This document shows, one piece after another, positions 36,737 through 50,668 of a stretch of 64,000 nt of DNA; within the stretch, counting starts at the first letter, position 1, and the number at the start of each line of letters is the position of its first letter. The stretch lies in contig OZ024742.1 in NCBI GenBank assembly GCA_964016885.1, forward strand, positions 324,012,001-324,076,000, read 5' to 3'. This stretch comes from Eledone cirrhosa (Eukaryota). The notes beneath the pieces are model-generated. The model did not search any database, was not told the origin of the DNA, and was given only the letters and a program-made list of their open reading frames with translations. The position numbers were made by a program, and so were the translations under genes.

Positions 36737-39700
36737 ATCATCATCATCATCATCAACGTTTAACGTCCGTGTTCCACGCTTGCATGGGTTTGGACGGGGG
36801 TAGTCCCACTTGAGGCAAGAGTGATTGTCTTGCTCGCATAGGACTGTCTGGCAGGTTTTCTACAGTTGGATGCCCTTCCTAACACCAACCACATTTACAG
36901 TGTGGGTCTGGGAGGTTTTTACCGTGTTGCCTACACGGCCACATTACAGCGTGGACTGTGTGTTTTTTTGTCGTGACACCTACACGATCTCATTTGTTTC
37001 GGCCTGGATGGCGCGGCACCAACATAACTTTACATAGGACGGGGTGGTGTGGATGGGTGGGGGTGGTGGCGGGACGGGGTGTATTTTGTTAGAGATGCCT
37101 ACTGGCAAGGCGGGTCTTCTCTGTTACTGAGTACCGCCAAAGGTCTCGGTCCAGTGACATTGTCTTGGAGAGGTGTAAGTGTGTGAGGTCGGAGTTTATC
37201 AGCTCGTCCCAGGTTTTTCTAGGTCTGCCTATTCCGTGGCTACCGTCTATCTTTATTGCCCTGCACTTTGTTATACAGCTATCGACTTTCATGCGCATCA
37301 CGTGTCCATACCAACGTAGCCTTCTCTCGAGTAAACAACATCTGATCCCTCTTATCTCTAATTTTTTCCTTAGTTCGTTTATGCTTTGCCGTTCACGTAT
37401 ATTAATGTTACACATCCAGCGGAGCATGCAAGCTTCGTTCCTCTCTAGTCTGCGTATATCCTCTGCACACAATGCCCAGGTCTCACTGCCATGCAACATT
37501 GCTGTTCGTATGCAGGCATCGTACAACCTGCCTTTCATTTTTAGGGAGAACCCTTTAGCAGCTAATAGTGGTATAAGCTCTCTGAACTTTTTCCAACCAG
37601 TTCTGACTCTAGCTACAGTACTTTCAGAGCACCCTCCCCCACTGCTGATTTTATCGCCCAGGTAACGGAAGCTGTCCACTATTTCTATAGAACCCTCTGC
37701 GCAATTGAAAGAGCTAGTATTTTGTGGGCACTTGCTGCTACTTATTGCACCAGAACACCGGCCACATGTAAAATCTATGTTCTTAGTTAGCTTACCTGTG
37801 ATCCCACTACATCTTTTATGCACCCATACTTTGCATTTAGGACATAAAATGGAGTTTCTACCTACGCTTTTCCTACACACCGAGCACGACCATTTCCCAG
37901 AAGGGACCGCCGCCTTGTTTTCTTTCCTACAAACTAGAACTTTGGTCTTAGCCAGGTTAATTTTAAGTCCTTTTGACTCTAGGCCGTGCTTCCATGTTTG
38001 GAATTTCTTCTCTAGCTCGGCCATTGATTCCGCTATGAGTGTCAGGTCGTCTGCGTATAGGAGTTCCCATGGGCAGCCTGTCTTGAACTCCTCTGTTATA
38101 GCCTGAAGGGCAATAATAAATAGTAGGGGGCTGAGAACAGAGCCCTGATGGACGCCAACTTTTACGCTAAACTCTTCACTATATTTGTTGTTAATTCTAA
38201 CCTTGCTGACTGTTTCTTTATACATGGCTTGTATAGCCCTCACAAGCCATTCGTCAACGCCTAGTTTTCTAAGAGCCCACCAGATAATGGAGCGGGGGAC
38301 TCTGTCGAAGGCTTTCTCCAAGTCGACAAAAGCTAAGTAGAGGGTTTTACCTTTAGCTAGGAACTTCTCCTGTAGTTGTCGTACTATGAAAAGAGCGTCT
38401 GTGGTACTTTTGCCTGACACAAACCCGAACTGCATTTCATCTAGGTCAATTCTCTCTCTGATTAGTTGCGCTATTACTTTTTCCGTGACCTTCATGACCT
38501 GGTCGATTAATTTAATGCCTCTATAGTTACTCCTATCTAGGGCGTCTCCTTTACCCTTATAACAGTTAACGATGATGCTGCTATGCCAGTCCTTCGGAAC
38601 AACCCCATTCTGTACGACTTGGTTAACTATGCGGGTGACCATGGTGTGTCCCACCGTGCCAGATGCCTTCAGCATCTCAGCAACTATTTCCGAAGGCCCA
38701 GCCGCCTTACCCGTCTTCATATCTTTGATTGCCTTACTTATTATACTACCCTCGACTAACACTGCTGGTCCCTCTATTGGGTCGATGTGGGGGAGACTGT
38801 CTTTCTACCATTTATTCTCCTCATTTAGTAGCCTTTCATAGTGACACTTCCAAGCTACCTTCTTATCAGTGTCGGTGATGGCAAGTATGCCATCATCGTT
38901 AAGTACACACTTCTCCCCGACAATATCACGGTTTTCCTTGACGCATTGCCTAGCAATCCTGAACACCTCACGTTTTTGGTCATCGCGTTGTAGGACATGC
39001 TTGAACTTTCTTTCCTCAGCTTCCCTTCTTGCTAAGTACACTTCTCTCCTAGCTTCCCTCCTGGCCACTTGATAGTCTACTCTACTTCCCCCATCCCGCC
39101 ATACTTTCCAAGCCTGCTTTTTGGCCTTAATTGACCCCTCCACCTTACTGTTCCACCACCATGTTACTCTCCTCCTGCCTACAGGCCTGCTCCAGCCACA
39201 GACTTCGTCTGTCGCCAACAGCAGGTTTGCTTTCAGAAATTCCCACTGTCCCTCTATATTGTCCGACTCTAAATGTTCTTCCTTACTGTCGAAAGCATCA
39301 AGTAATATGTTTTGAAATTTATTTTTGGCTGTGGGGTCCTTTAGCTTCCATATTTTTCTCCTGAGGATAGTCCTCTTCTGCTGTCGAGTACGTCTCGTCC
39401 TGACTATGAGGTCGCTAATTATCAGTCTATGTTGGGAGGTGCATTCTTCATGGGGGAGGGATTTAGTGTTTACAACAGACACTCTGTCACGTCTTCTGGT
39501 AAGGATATAATCTACCTGGCTTGTGTGTTCCCCGGATCTATAGGTGATCAGGTGATTGTCACGTTTTTTGAAGTTAGTGTTACAGATAGTTAGGTTATTT
39601 GCATCACAGAATTCCAGGCTTCTGGAGCCTTCCTCATTTCTAGTACCAAACCCATAGCCTCCATGGATTTCGTCGTAGCCGTCACAATGTTGCCCAACGT

Positions 39701-40903
39701 GACCATTTAGGTCGCCTGCAATAATTATATAGTCACTGTCAGATATTTGGGAGGTAGTGAGCATCAGTGTCTCATAGAATCTGTCTTTTATAGTGCCGGG
39801 CAGTCCGGATTGGGGTGTGTACGCAGATATTACTGTCACCGTAGTTCTATTGAGGACAAGTCGTATTTTAATTATTCTGTCGTTCATTCTATTTACGTCT
39901 ATTATCTTATCTGCCCACTTTTCTGCTACCATGATTCCTACTCTACCCAGCCCATCGTCGTTTCCTACCCAGAAAAGCTTATAACATCGTTTTTTACCCT
40001 CAATGAATCTAGCAGACCCACCCCTCCACCTGGTCTCTTGAATACAACAAACATCGACCTCCTTACGTTCAAGCATTTCTACAACCTCGTTAGCGCGACC
40101 CTTTAGGGTGCCTACATTTATGGTACCAACTCTGAAGTTTTGGATCGCGTTTGGAGGGTGGGGGTGGTGGGGGGCGGGGGGAGATGGGGTTATGTTAGCC
40201 ATCCGCGGGCGAAACAAAGAAGAGTGCTCGCATTCTCGTCCACGAGGTGAATTTGACTTTAGCATTGGCATTTTCGCTCTGAGCGTCCAGATTTTTCTCT
40301 CCCTTCCACTCTCCAGGATTCCGCAGTCCGTCCATCCATCCATCCATCCATCATATATCGAAGGCAACCGTGCAAGCGATAGTATAGGCCTCTGGCTTAT
40401 GATTTGGTCCGCGTAATAATAATAATGGTGATGCGTGTGTGGGGGGGGGTCTCTGGCTTATAATAATAATGGTGATGCGTGTGGGGGGGTCTCTGGCTTA
40501 TGATTGGTCCACGTATTAAGAATGGTGGTGTGTGGGGGCGGGTGGGAGGGATGTGGGGTAGCTAGCTGGAAGGTTATGAATGTTTAACAGCGAGTAACAA
40601 AAAGCAAAACTGCAAGATTTGTTCTGTTCAATACAACAAAAACACCGTATTTAAACCTTAATAAATAACAAAAAATACAGATTTCGGATTTTGCGAGATT
40701 GGATGTTTGGACTATGTACGAAATTGTGGTGTGTGGAGTAGATAGGAAAAACGTGAACGTTACGATTACATGGTTACACCGTAGTAGGGGTAGTTGAAGC
40801 AGCAATTGTTTGGCGAAAGTGAATAAACATGAACGGGAATTTATCTTATATATATATATATGTGTGTGTGTGTAGCTAAGAGAGAGAGAGAGAGAGGGGA
40901 AGG

Positions 40904-40938
<35 letters not shown>

Positions 40939-41012
40939 TGACCGCAACCCCTCGTGAAGAAGATGGTGGGTGAAGGGTGTATGAGCGGGATTTTTGACTT
41001 TCGAGGTAGCAT
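36737..41012 (-). mobile_element. RTE-clade LINE copy B, apparently full length with 5' UTR (5' boundary uncertain)
   Basis: APE-RT-PHD ORF from ~40271; GC-richer upstream region with ~45-50-bp tandem repeats (40388-40540); (GAT)n tail. Confidence 0.93.
37089..40271 (-). pseudogene. RTE APE-RT-PHD polyprotein with one nonsense codon (TAG at 38805-38807) and a small deletion over the natural stop
   Basis: ORFs 38805-40367 and 37089-38762 share a frame; copy A has GAG at this position; C-terminus is RLASRHL versus RLT in the other copies. Confidence 0.9.
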
Positions 41013-41055
41013 GATATATATATTTAAAGTAAATTATAAGAAGTAGAATGGGAAG

Positions 41056-41135
<80 letters not shown>

Positions 41136-41237
41136 GTATACATATATATATATATATGTATACATATATATATGTATACATATATATATATATATATATG
41201 TATACATATATATATGTACACATATATATATGTACGT

Positions 41238-41269
<32 letters not shown>

Positions 41270-41273
<4 letters not shown>

Positions 41274-41527
41274 CATTTTACGTCCGCTTTTCCCTGCTTG
41301 CAAGGGTGGGACGGGAACTGATTCTGGCTTGATTTCTACAGCTGGATGCCCTTCCTAACACCCACCTCATTTACAGTGAGTGCTCGGTGCTTTTTTGCCG
41401 TGGCGCCTACACGACCACTTTGCAGTCCTATGATCTCATTTCTACAGCTGAGTAAACTGGAACAATGTGAAATAAAATGTCTTGCTCAAGGAAACAACAT
41501 ATCACCCGGCCTGAGAATTGAACTCAC
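41270..41527 (-). mobile_element. SINE family 2, 5'-truncated
   Basis: Matches 10876-11160. Confidence 0.85.
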
Positions 41528-41908
41528 ATATGTCATCATCATCATTTTACGTCCGCTTTTCCCTGGTTGCAAGGGTGGGACGGGATATATATATATATAT
41601 ATATATACATATGTATACATATATATATATGTATACATATATATATACACATGCATACACACATATATATATATATATACATTCATATTTGTTCTAATGA
41701 CATGTTTGTTTACTCATGCCAAAGTTGATAGTTGTCAATGCTTTTTAAAAGAGCTTTGTTGTGTAAGTATTGAAGCAAGTCTGTGAGTTCAGCAAACATA
41801 GAAACTAGATGTGCAACAATGACGAAGTATATATGTGTTGTGAGCTGAATAGAAGTAACATTTTTACTGAAGTATTCCTCAGATAATTGCAGATAATCCC
41901 ATAATACT

Positions 41909-42086
41909 AATTGTTTCTACTTTTGGCACAAGGCCAGCAATTACCCCAGTGCACATTACTGGTGCTTTATTTTATTGACCCCCGTAAGGATGAAAGGCAA
42001 AGTTAACTTTGCCGCGATTCAAACTCAGAACGTAAAGGGCCATAACTCTATGCTGCAAAGCATGGTGTCTGACGTCTACCAATACT
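41909..42086 (-). mobile_element. SINE family 1
   Basis: Reverse complement of the 51855-52035 type. Confidence 0.85.
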
Positions 42087-42147
42087 AATAATAAAAATAA
42101 TAATAGTTATGATTATTATTATTCTCCTTATTATCATTATCATTTTT

Positions 42148-42325
42148 TTGACCCCGTAAGGATGAAAGGGAGAGTTAAATTCGGAGGGTTTTGAACTTAG
42201 AGCCCTTTACGTTCTGAGTTCAAAACCCTCCAAGGTTAACTTTGTCTTTCATCCTTACAGGGTCGATAAAATAAAGCAGTAATGCACTGGGGTAATTGCT
42301 GGCCTTGTGCCAAAAGTAGAAACAT
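42148..42325. mobile_element. Two SINE family 1 fragments joined in inverted orientation
   Basis: Minus fragment 42148-42202 abuts plus fragment 42203-42325. Confidence 0.75.
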
Positions 42326-42750
42326 TATTATTATTATGATTATAGTCTTGTTGATTTGAGTTAATTGCATTCATTTTAATTTACCTAATTACTATCTAAT
42401 ATCTTAATTGATAAAAAAAAAAAAAAAAAGGAATCGCCAGTAGCTATTGCGCTGATTGCTGGTGGTAAATGATATGAAATGCCAAAAGACTTAGGAATAA
42501 GTAGTCAATGACCCCCCCCCCCCACCTCCTGAAATACTACAGCTTATTTCTCAGGTTTTATTGCTATTAGTGTAGAACAATAATAGTAATAATAATATAA
42601 CGTGTGTTTGTATTTAAGTTTACACATACACACAATGTGTTTTTAATCTCAGTCATGTTCTTACAATAAGGTCCTAGGTTCTAACCCTACATTTGTCTCA
42701 GTAAATAGTTATTTCTCCAAAGTTACTCATACATTTAATTGTATATATAT

Positions 42751-43881
42751 ATTACTATAGTACCCAGCGTAGCTCGGGAAATGAATGACAGCCTGTTTGT
42801 CTGTATAAAGAGAGCCAAAGGTTGAGCAAAGAATTGAAATGTAATTGTAAAAAAAAGTTTAACAAAATGGGTGTCCAGTGACATGATTGAGTGAAATAAA
42901 CGGCAACATAAAAACAATTCATGGGGTAGCTTGAGTTAATTGGCGTGAATGATTTCAGGTCCGGCCTTGCTGTAGTAGGTATGAGTAAGGGGATAAAGAT
43001 GGAATAGACGCACCATATGTCCTTCAGTAGACTAAACCCTATGTGTAAGATGGTACTGCCACTACCACGTTGACCATCCACTGAACATAGAAATATCATT
43101 CCTTGAAGCAAATCGGCCTAGTACTTCAAAAGTTAAAAGGAGCCTAGTATTTGTACACAGACAGATACACACACACAAAATCGATTTTTCGGCCCCAATA
43201 TTGTTTCAAATTTGTTTTTGTCCAAAACCTGCTCTGGCATATAAGCAGCATGTGAGCCAAATTTGGTTGAAATCGGTCTAGTACTTCAAAAGTTAAAAGG
43301 AGCCGAGTATTTGTACCGGTGGGCGGTTTTCTGCTAGCAGATCTAGTGTATATACTGATATTGTTGAGATTTGGATGAGAAATGTTTTCGGCACCACATG
43401 TTCACCGTCTCTCGGTGTGTCTTTTATGCATGTATAAATATATATGTTATCTATACGGTGAAATCTTTGAAATAAATATATGTTAAAACGAAAAAGGAGA
43501 AAAAGAGATTAGTGACGGAAATATAAACATTATGATACATAAACGTTATGATATAACGATGGAAATATATAAGCGTTTACGATAAAACGATGGAAATAGA
43601 AACGTTTATATATAATGATAAGCCGGAACACTCGTAAGTCGGAACACTCGTAAGTCGAAACACTCGTAAGTCGAAACACTCGTAAGTCGAAACACTCGTA
43701 AGTCGAAACACTCGTAAAGCGAAACGTATAAATAAAGATTAATGTAATGAATTTGAAAAGCATAGAGATTTGAAACCGCGTCTATTTGTTTCCTTGGCAT
43801 TTTTTACAGACGGACAGACAGACAAACAAACAGAGAAATGCCCATTATATATTATAAGTAGACTTGGCATGGTGTCAAGTC
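42751..43881 (+). mobile_element. Non-autonomous Helentron/DINE-like (Helitron superfamily) element
   Basis: Start tactatagtacccagcgtagctcggg; ccaaatttggttgaaatcggtc core; 46-bp direct repeat (43110/43270); internal tandem array; (ACAG)n near the end; terminal hairpin gacttggca-tgg-tgtcaagtc. Confidence 0.55.
43621..43716 (+). repeat. 16-bp tandem repeat (aagtcgaaacactcgt) x6
   Basis: Six adjacent units with no spacers. Confidence 0.95.
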
Positions 43882-44057
43882 AGAACCGCCTCGAACTGGT
43901 TACTTCTGGCTTGTGCAAGGTGTCTCTATAGCAACCAGCGATTCCCTCGGCCTCAGTGACCAAAGTCAGTGGAGAAAGGAAGGGGAAGGTAATATTTCTG
44001 TAGCACCTACATTTGAGTTTTAGGGAAGGGCAGACAGACAGACAGAGAAATGCCCAT

Positions 44058-44064
44058 ATATTTC

Positions 44065-44103
<39 letters not shown>

Positions 44104-44131
44104 TACACACACAGAAATGTACATATATTTC

Positions 44132-44198
<67 letters not shown>

Positions 44199-44325
44199 CA
44201 CACACAGAAATGTATATATATTTCTGTGTGTATATATATATATATTACACACACAGAAATGTATATATATTTCTGTGTGTATATATATATATATATTACA
44301 CACACAGAAATGTATATATATTTCT
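44058..44325. repeat. Tandem array of four palindromic units TTTCTGTGTG-(TA)n-TTACACACACAGAAA
   Basis: Each unit is a self-complementary hairpin. Confidence 0.9.
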
Positions 44326-44447
44326 TAGAACAAAATTATTATTAATGTTTTGCTGTTCATAACAATTGGAATTGAAAAATTACTTTTGAAATTATTAGTT
44401 ATTTTACTAATGCTTAGATATGTAAAAATGAAGCAATGTTTCTAATA

Positions 44448-44637
44448 ATTGTTTCTACTTTTGGCACAAGGCCAGCAATTACCCAGTACATTACTGGTAC
44501 TTTATTTTATCGACCCCGCGAGGATGAAAGGCAAAGTTAACCTCGGCGGTATTTGAACTCAGATCGTAAAGGGACGTAACTCCATGCTATGAAGCATGGT
44601 GTCCGACTCTCTACAGATTCTGCCAATCCACTGCCCT
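44448..44637 (-). mobile_element. SINE family 1, full length
   Basis: Head, core and tail are all present. Confidence 0.88.
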
Positions 44638-44931
44638 AATGTCTGTACGTAATGAGGGAGTGAGAGGGGAGAGAAAGAAAGGCAGAGGTGAAGTGACGAA
44701 GTGACTCTCTCCTCCTCCTCCATCTCCCCATTCGTCACAGCGATAGCGGGGAGGAATGTTAGTGTGTTACAAAGAGAAAGAGTGAGAGTGAGAGAAACAG
44801 ACAGACTAAAAGAGAAGGATAGCTGGAGAGAGAGAGAGAGATAGCAACCACGCGCGCACGTGTCGGACAGACAGACAAGAGAAATTGCTGGTTATATATT
44901 ATAAGGAGATTATGGTGAACATTTATGTAAT

Positions 44932-46258
44932 TCATCATCATCTCCGTTTAACGCCTATCTTCCACGCTAGCATGGGTTAGACGGGAGTTGTCCCACTTGA
45001 GGCAAGGTTGGTTGGGTGACCGTGTCTCACTCATATAGGACTATCTGGCAAGTTTTCTACGGCTGGATGCCCTTCCTAACACCAACTACATTTACAGTGT
45101 GGAACTGGGAACTTTTTACTGTGTTACCTACATGGCCACATTACAGCGTGGGCTGTGTGTTTTTTTTGTTGTGACACCTACACGATCTCGATTTCATTTT
45201 CTCATTTATTTGGACTGGATGTTGTGGTACCAACTTTACAGAGAGAGGGTGGTGTTAGTGGGAGGATAGGATAGGGGTAGTGGATTGGGGTGTATATTTG
45301 GTTAAGAGGTGCCTACTGACTGTAGGTTTCGCTTTGTACATAGGCAAGGCGGGTCTTCTGTATTACTGCGTAGCGCCAAAGATCTTGGTCAAGTGACATC
45401 GTCTTAAAGAGGTGCAAGTGTGTAAGGTCGGAATTTATCAAATAGTCCCAGGTTTTCTGGGTCTACCTACTCCGTAACTACCATCAATTTTGATCGCCCT
45501 TCACTTTTTTATACAGCTGTCGTCTTTCATGCGCATTACGTGACCATACCAACGTAGTCTTCTCTCAAGTAAACAGCATCTGATCCCTCTTATTCCAAAT
45601 TTCTCATTTAGCTCATTTATGCTTTGCCGTTCACGTATATTACTATTACACGTGCAGCGGAGCATGCGAGCTTTGTTCCTTTCCTGGCTGCGCAGGTCCT
45701 CTGCACGCAATGCCCATGTCTCACTGCCATGTAACATTGCTGTTCGTATACAGGCATCATACAATCTGCCTTTCATTTTTAGAGAGAAACTTTTTGTGGC
45801 CAACAGCGGTATAAGCTCTGAACTTTTTCCATCCCGTTCTGACTCTGGCTACTGTACTTTCCACCACTGCTGATTTTGTCACCTAGGTAACAGAAAGTGT
45901 CCACTATTTCTATAGAACCATCTGGACAATAGAAGGAGCTAGTATCCTGTGGGCTACTTATTGCACCTGAGAATCGGCCACATATAAAATTTACGTTCTT
46001 AGATAGTTTATCTGTGATCCCACTACATCTTTTATGTACTCATACTTTGCATTTGGGATATAAAATGGAATTTATGCCTACTCCTTTCCTACACACTGAG
46101 CTTGGCCATTTCCCTGAGGGCACCTGTACCCTATTTTCCTTTCTACAACCTAGAACTTTAGTCTTAAACAAGTTAATTTTAAGGCCTTTTGATTCTAGGC
46201 CATGCTTCCATGTTTGGAATTTCTTCTCTAGTTCAGCCATAGATTCAGCTATGAGTTT
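44932..46258 (-). mobile_element. Older RTE subfamily, 5'-truncated and degenerate
   Basis: MAELEKKFQTWK, PHD remnant, RLRWYGHVMRM, and a variant 3' UTR shared with 59804-60494. Confidence 0.9.
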
Positions 46259-47609
46259 ATATCCTAGAAATTAATTATTAAAATATCATTCTTATTTTTA
46301 ATCAACATAAACTATAGGGTTTCTCTTACACAAATCATAAATTTATCAAAATGCAAATTTCTTAGTTTGTTTGATCATTCACATATCTGATAATCCTGGT
46401 ATATATGACATACCAATCCTGGACTCCAAAAATTAAATACATTCAATTAGATATCAATATGAATTTTTGAATGTACTTCTACTGTACATCTTGGACAGCA
46501 TTCAAAAAGAAACATTTTGATACCTCATTTGTGAAATTGGATGAAAATTTTAGGAAATATGACAATTTGAATCGTCAGTGAATTGGTCGAAATCTTGCCT
46601 AATTAGGTCTAAATGTATAATTAGCCATATCTTTGAAACTGAGGTGATAATCATCTTCCAATTACACAAATTAATAATGTCCATAGAATAGCAGTTGCCT
46701 ATTTTTTCAGGTTCTAGAAAATAAAATATTTTTTTTGTAATTTAAAAAAATATTTATGTAAAGCCCATTTTGTTGCATGTAAACAGTTCATTTTACGATG
46801 TGAGCATAAGCTTTTCATGTGTTTTCAGACCTAGCTAAATCCCAAAATACAAGCCACAGGGACTTAAGTTTTGGCACATTCGTAGTAGGTATAGAACTAA
46901 ATAAATTGTGAGATATTGGGACATGATACCATTTCACTAAAACTTTAATGGACTATTAAACAGGGTATAAGCAATTAAATTACAGTGATTAAAGATCGTT
47001 GCAAGCTTTTTATGCATTTTCAGACATGGCTATATTTCAATCTGTTATCTGTCAGGGGCTCAGTTTTGATACACTGGTACAGAGTATAAAACTGAATCCT
47101 CCCTGTAAGTTTGGAATTTTACAATACATTTAATAGATATCCCTGTAGAGCTCTGTGGAAGGGGTGACACGCACAGTTTGCTTGATTATTTTCATATATA
47201 TCATTTGAAAGTTCTGGATGTGAACTTTCTTCTCATACTTTTGATCAAAATCTGACACATATCATGCAGGTTGCGAATTCAATACAACCATTGTCGAGGC
47301 TTAAAAGTTAACTAAAGTGTTAGTGATAGTTATCAATAAATTTATTCAGTTTTATTTTGTTATTAATGAAAATTTCTCAGAATTGCATGTAGACCTAGAT
47401 TAAAAAACAAACAAAATGTGAAAACTAATTCCTGTAAACAAACTTGTTAGTAGGAGAAAGACAGAGAAAACAAAAACAAATCGGCACTACTTGTGAAAAT
47501 GTAAACACTACCACAAATTATCCGGCTGTATTCAAAAGCGGAAAAAAATCCCCCCAAAACATCACATCAGACTTTAATAATCTACAAAATAATATTCATT
47601 GCACAATAC

Positions 47610-48200
47610 AATTTTTATAAAAACAAAGAGAAAATGGTACAACCATCACCCAGATGCAGTAATAGGAGGCGAGAATGTGACAATTCTATGGGATTTTCCT
47701 GTGAACACCGACAAAATGATCAAGGCCAATAGACCTGATATAATTGTGAAGGACCGTAAAATGAAAACATGCTTGTTAATTGACATGATTGTAACATCTC
47801 GAAAGAGTTACGAAAGTTCAGAAAATATAAAGATCTTATAATTAAAATTTAGAAAGTGTGGCATCTTTAAGCCTGTACAATACCAGTGATGGTGGACTTG
47901 GAATGATATAAAAGAGAACAAAATAATATTTGGGCCAGATACATTGGAAAGTCAACTCTGCAAGAGATACAGAGAATAGTACTGATCGGCACTATCCATG
48001 TCTTGAGAAGGGCATTATCAATTTAAATACCTTGTAAAGATATTTACTGTTTTGTTTATACCCTTGTGGTATCATCCGTATACCAATTGATTGTTAAATG
48101 TGTGTATTACCAAATTTTACCTCAGGTGTCAGGTTGACACTCGGTAAGATATGGGAACAAAGCAGAATTAAAAGAAGTTTCACATAATAATAATAATAAT
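47610..48200 (+). mobile_element. R4/Dong-like RLE non-LTR 3' fragment 1
   Basis: KWYNHHPDAV...ILWDFPVNTDK.IKANRPDII...CLLIDM; 3' UTR ending in (AAT)n. Confidence 0.8.
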
Positions 48201-48730
48201 AATTGTTTCTACTTTTGGCACAAGGCCAGCAATTATCACAGTGCATTACTGGTGCTTTAATGCTATAATCTAAACTATAATAAAGTAAGGAGTGCAGGAC
48301 TGCGTCCAGAATATATTTTTTTATCCTGTTTGTAAAATAAGTTGGATTACTCTGAATAAATAATGAATGAATATTACATAATTTATCTGCTAAATTTTGT
48401 TATTCTTGATTAAATATAAATAATTTTGTTGCTTATTTTAAGATTCACTTCTCTAAAATTTTCAAATGTCAACACTTCCAGTTATTGATCACTTAAATAA
48501 ACATTCATATATTTCCGTTACTAATTTTCTCATATTGCAGTTTATATATAATATTGTCTTTTTTTAATGTATCATGGATTACGTTACTGATTACACAAGA
48601 GAGTGTAAGGTAGTCTTCGTTCAATTTCTGTGTATATTGTCAATTACGATTTTATTTGATGTATCATATCTACATGCATATATATTTGTGTATAATATCA
48701 AGGTGGTTTTTCTGCTAGTAATAATAATAA

Positions 48731-48910
48731 TAATTGTTTCTACTTTTGGCACAAGGCCAGCAATTATCCCAGTGTATTACTGGTACTTTATTTTAACGAC
48801 CCCGTAAGGATGAAAGGCAAAGTTAACCATAGCGAGTTTTGAACTCAGATCATAAAAGGCCGTAACTCTATGTAAACCATGGCATCTGACCCTCTACCGA
48901 TACTACCAAT
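48731..48910 (-). mobile_element. SINE family 1
   Basis: Full core and tail within (AAT)n. Confidence 0.85.
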
Positions 48911-48914
48911 AATA

Positions 48915-49380
48915 AGACGCAAATAGACCTGATATAATACCGAATGACTTTAAACAGAGGGTATGCCTGCTAATTGACATGACTGTTCCTATAGACAAGA
49001 ATGTATCTATAAAAACATTTGAAAAATTGAGCAAATATAAAGACTTGGAAATAGAGATTGGAAAAATGTGGAAGTTGAGAGCTAAAACAATACCAGTGGT
49101 TGTAGGTGCTCAAGGAATGATAGCTAAGGGGTCTAATGATTACTTATCCTAGGAAACCCACATATAGAAGCAATATAAAAGATAGTACCAATGGGAACTG
49201 TCCATATACTCAGGAAAATTCTACTGATATAAATATATCACAAGTGTAAACACCTAAAGATACATGTGTGTGTGTGTTTCTTGAACATGGCGGACCTTGT
49301 TGTCTCTTGAGGTAATTGGTTGTGACTTGGTGATAACTCGTATGAGCATAAAGCAAGATAAATAAAATGACAATAATAAT
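48915..49380 (+). mobile_element. R4/Dong-like RLE non-LTR 3' fragment 2
   Basis: NRPDII...CLLIDMTVP.D.N...KLSKYKDLEIEIGKMW..KTIPVVVGA.G; ends in (AAT)n. Confidence 0.82.
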
Positions 49381-49567
49381 ATTTCTACTTTTGGCACAAG
49401 GTTAGTAATTATCCCAGTAGATTACTGGGGCTTTATTTTATCGACCCCATAGGGATGAAATGCGAAGTTAACCTGGGCGGGATTTGAACTCAGACCGTAA
49501 AGGGACATAACTATGCTGCAAACCATGGTGTCTGACGCTCTAGTGATACTGCCAAACCACTGCCCTT
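49381..49567 (-). mobile_element. SINE family 1
   Basis: Full length. Confidence 0.85.
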
Positions 49568-49819
49568 GACAATAATAATAATGCTCATCATAACAACAAC
49601 CTAATACAACACAAAAACCTACACTAAACCAACAAAATACAATAAGGGAAGTTGATGAAACAGAGGTCAGTTTGTATTGGAACAACAATACAAACAGACA
49701 CTAAATCACACACACAAAAAACAAACAGAGGAGAAAAAAATACTAACACCTCAAGAATGAAAAAAAAAAAAATAACCTAACTATTTTCTTTAACAATTGA
49801 AAATTGCAAAACCAAAATG

Positions 49820-50140
49820 TATGAATAAATAAGTAAAAGAGATAATAATATAAAGATCTGGAGATAGAAATAACCCAAATGTGAATGATGAAAACAGAAA
49901 CAATCCCTATAACAATTGGTGTTCTGAGAAAGATTAAAAAAATGAACAGATACATAACCAAAACTTCATGACTTACAAATATACACAACATACAGAAAAT
50001 AGCACTACTAGCCACTGCACACATTACAAAGTGTACTCTCAATACAATAGAAACAACAACACTGCACATACCCAAGGCACATACAGCTGTATTTAGTAAC
50101 ATAGTGATGACATGCAATAAAAATAAGACTGGTGATAATA
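49820..50140 (+). mobile_element. R4/Dong-like RLE non-LTR 3' fragment 3
   Basis: YKDLEIEITQM..MKTETIPI.IG.L...IQKIALL.TAHI. Confidence 0.72.
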
Positions 50141-50142
50141 GC

Positions 50143-50668
50143 GGTTTCTATATTGGGCACAAGGTTAGCAATTTGAAGGGGAGGGAAAAGTCGATTAAAT
50201 CGACCCAGTGCGTTACTGGCACTTTATTTTATCAACCCCTGTGAGGAAAAATGGCGAAGCTAACCATGGCAGGATTTGAACCCAGAACGTAAAGGGTCGT
50301 AACTCGATGCTAAGACTAATGATAATAATGATTTCTACTATCGGCACAAGGCCAGCAATAATGAAGGGGAAGGGAAAAGTCGAATAAATCAACCCCAGTG
50401 CATTACTGGTGCAGTTTATCAAACCCCGTAAGGATGAAAGGCAAAGCTAACCTTGGCGGTTTTGAACTCAGAACGTAAAGGGCCGCAACTCGATTCTAAG
50501 TGATGATAATAATTGTTTCTACTTTTGGCACAAGGCCAGCAATCACCCAGTGCATTACTGGTACTTTATTTTATTGACCTCGGCGGGATTTGAACTCAGA
50601 ATTGCAAGGGCCGTAACTCCATGCGTCAAAGCATGGCGCCCGACCCTCTACCGATACTGCCAATCCAG
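50143..50668 (-). mobile_element. Three tandem SINE family 1 copies
   Basis: Tails at 50143, ~50330 and ~50510, separated by AAT runs. Confidence 0.85.

Noticed and set aside
40920-41015. Possible HDV-like ribozyme at the RTE 5' end
   Set aside because: A partial P1/P3-like pairing can be drawn, but I found no P2 partner or catalytic C-R-A strand.
41845-41890. Minus-strand CTGAGGA-atact/agta resembling a hammerhead
   Set aside because: It lacks GAAA and a stem I partner.
43621-43716. CRISPR-like appearance of the 16-bp repeats
   Set aside because: No spacers, eukaryotic context and no cas genes.
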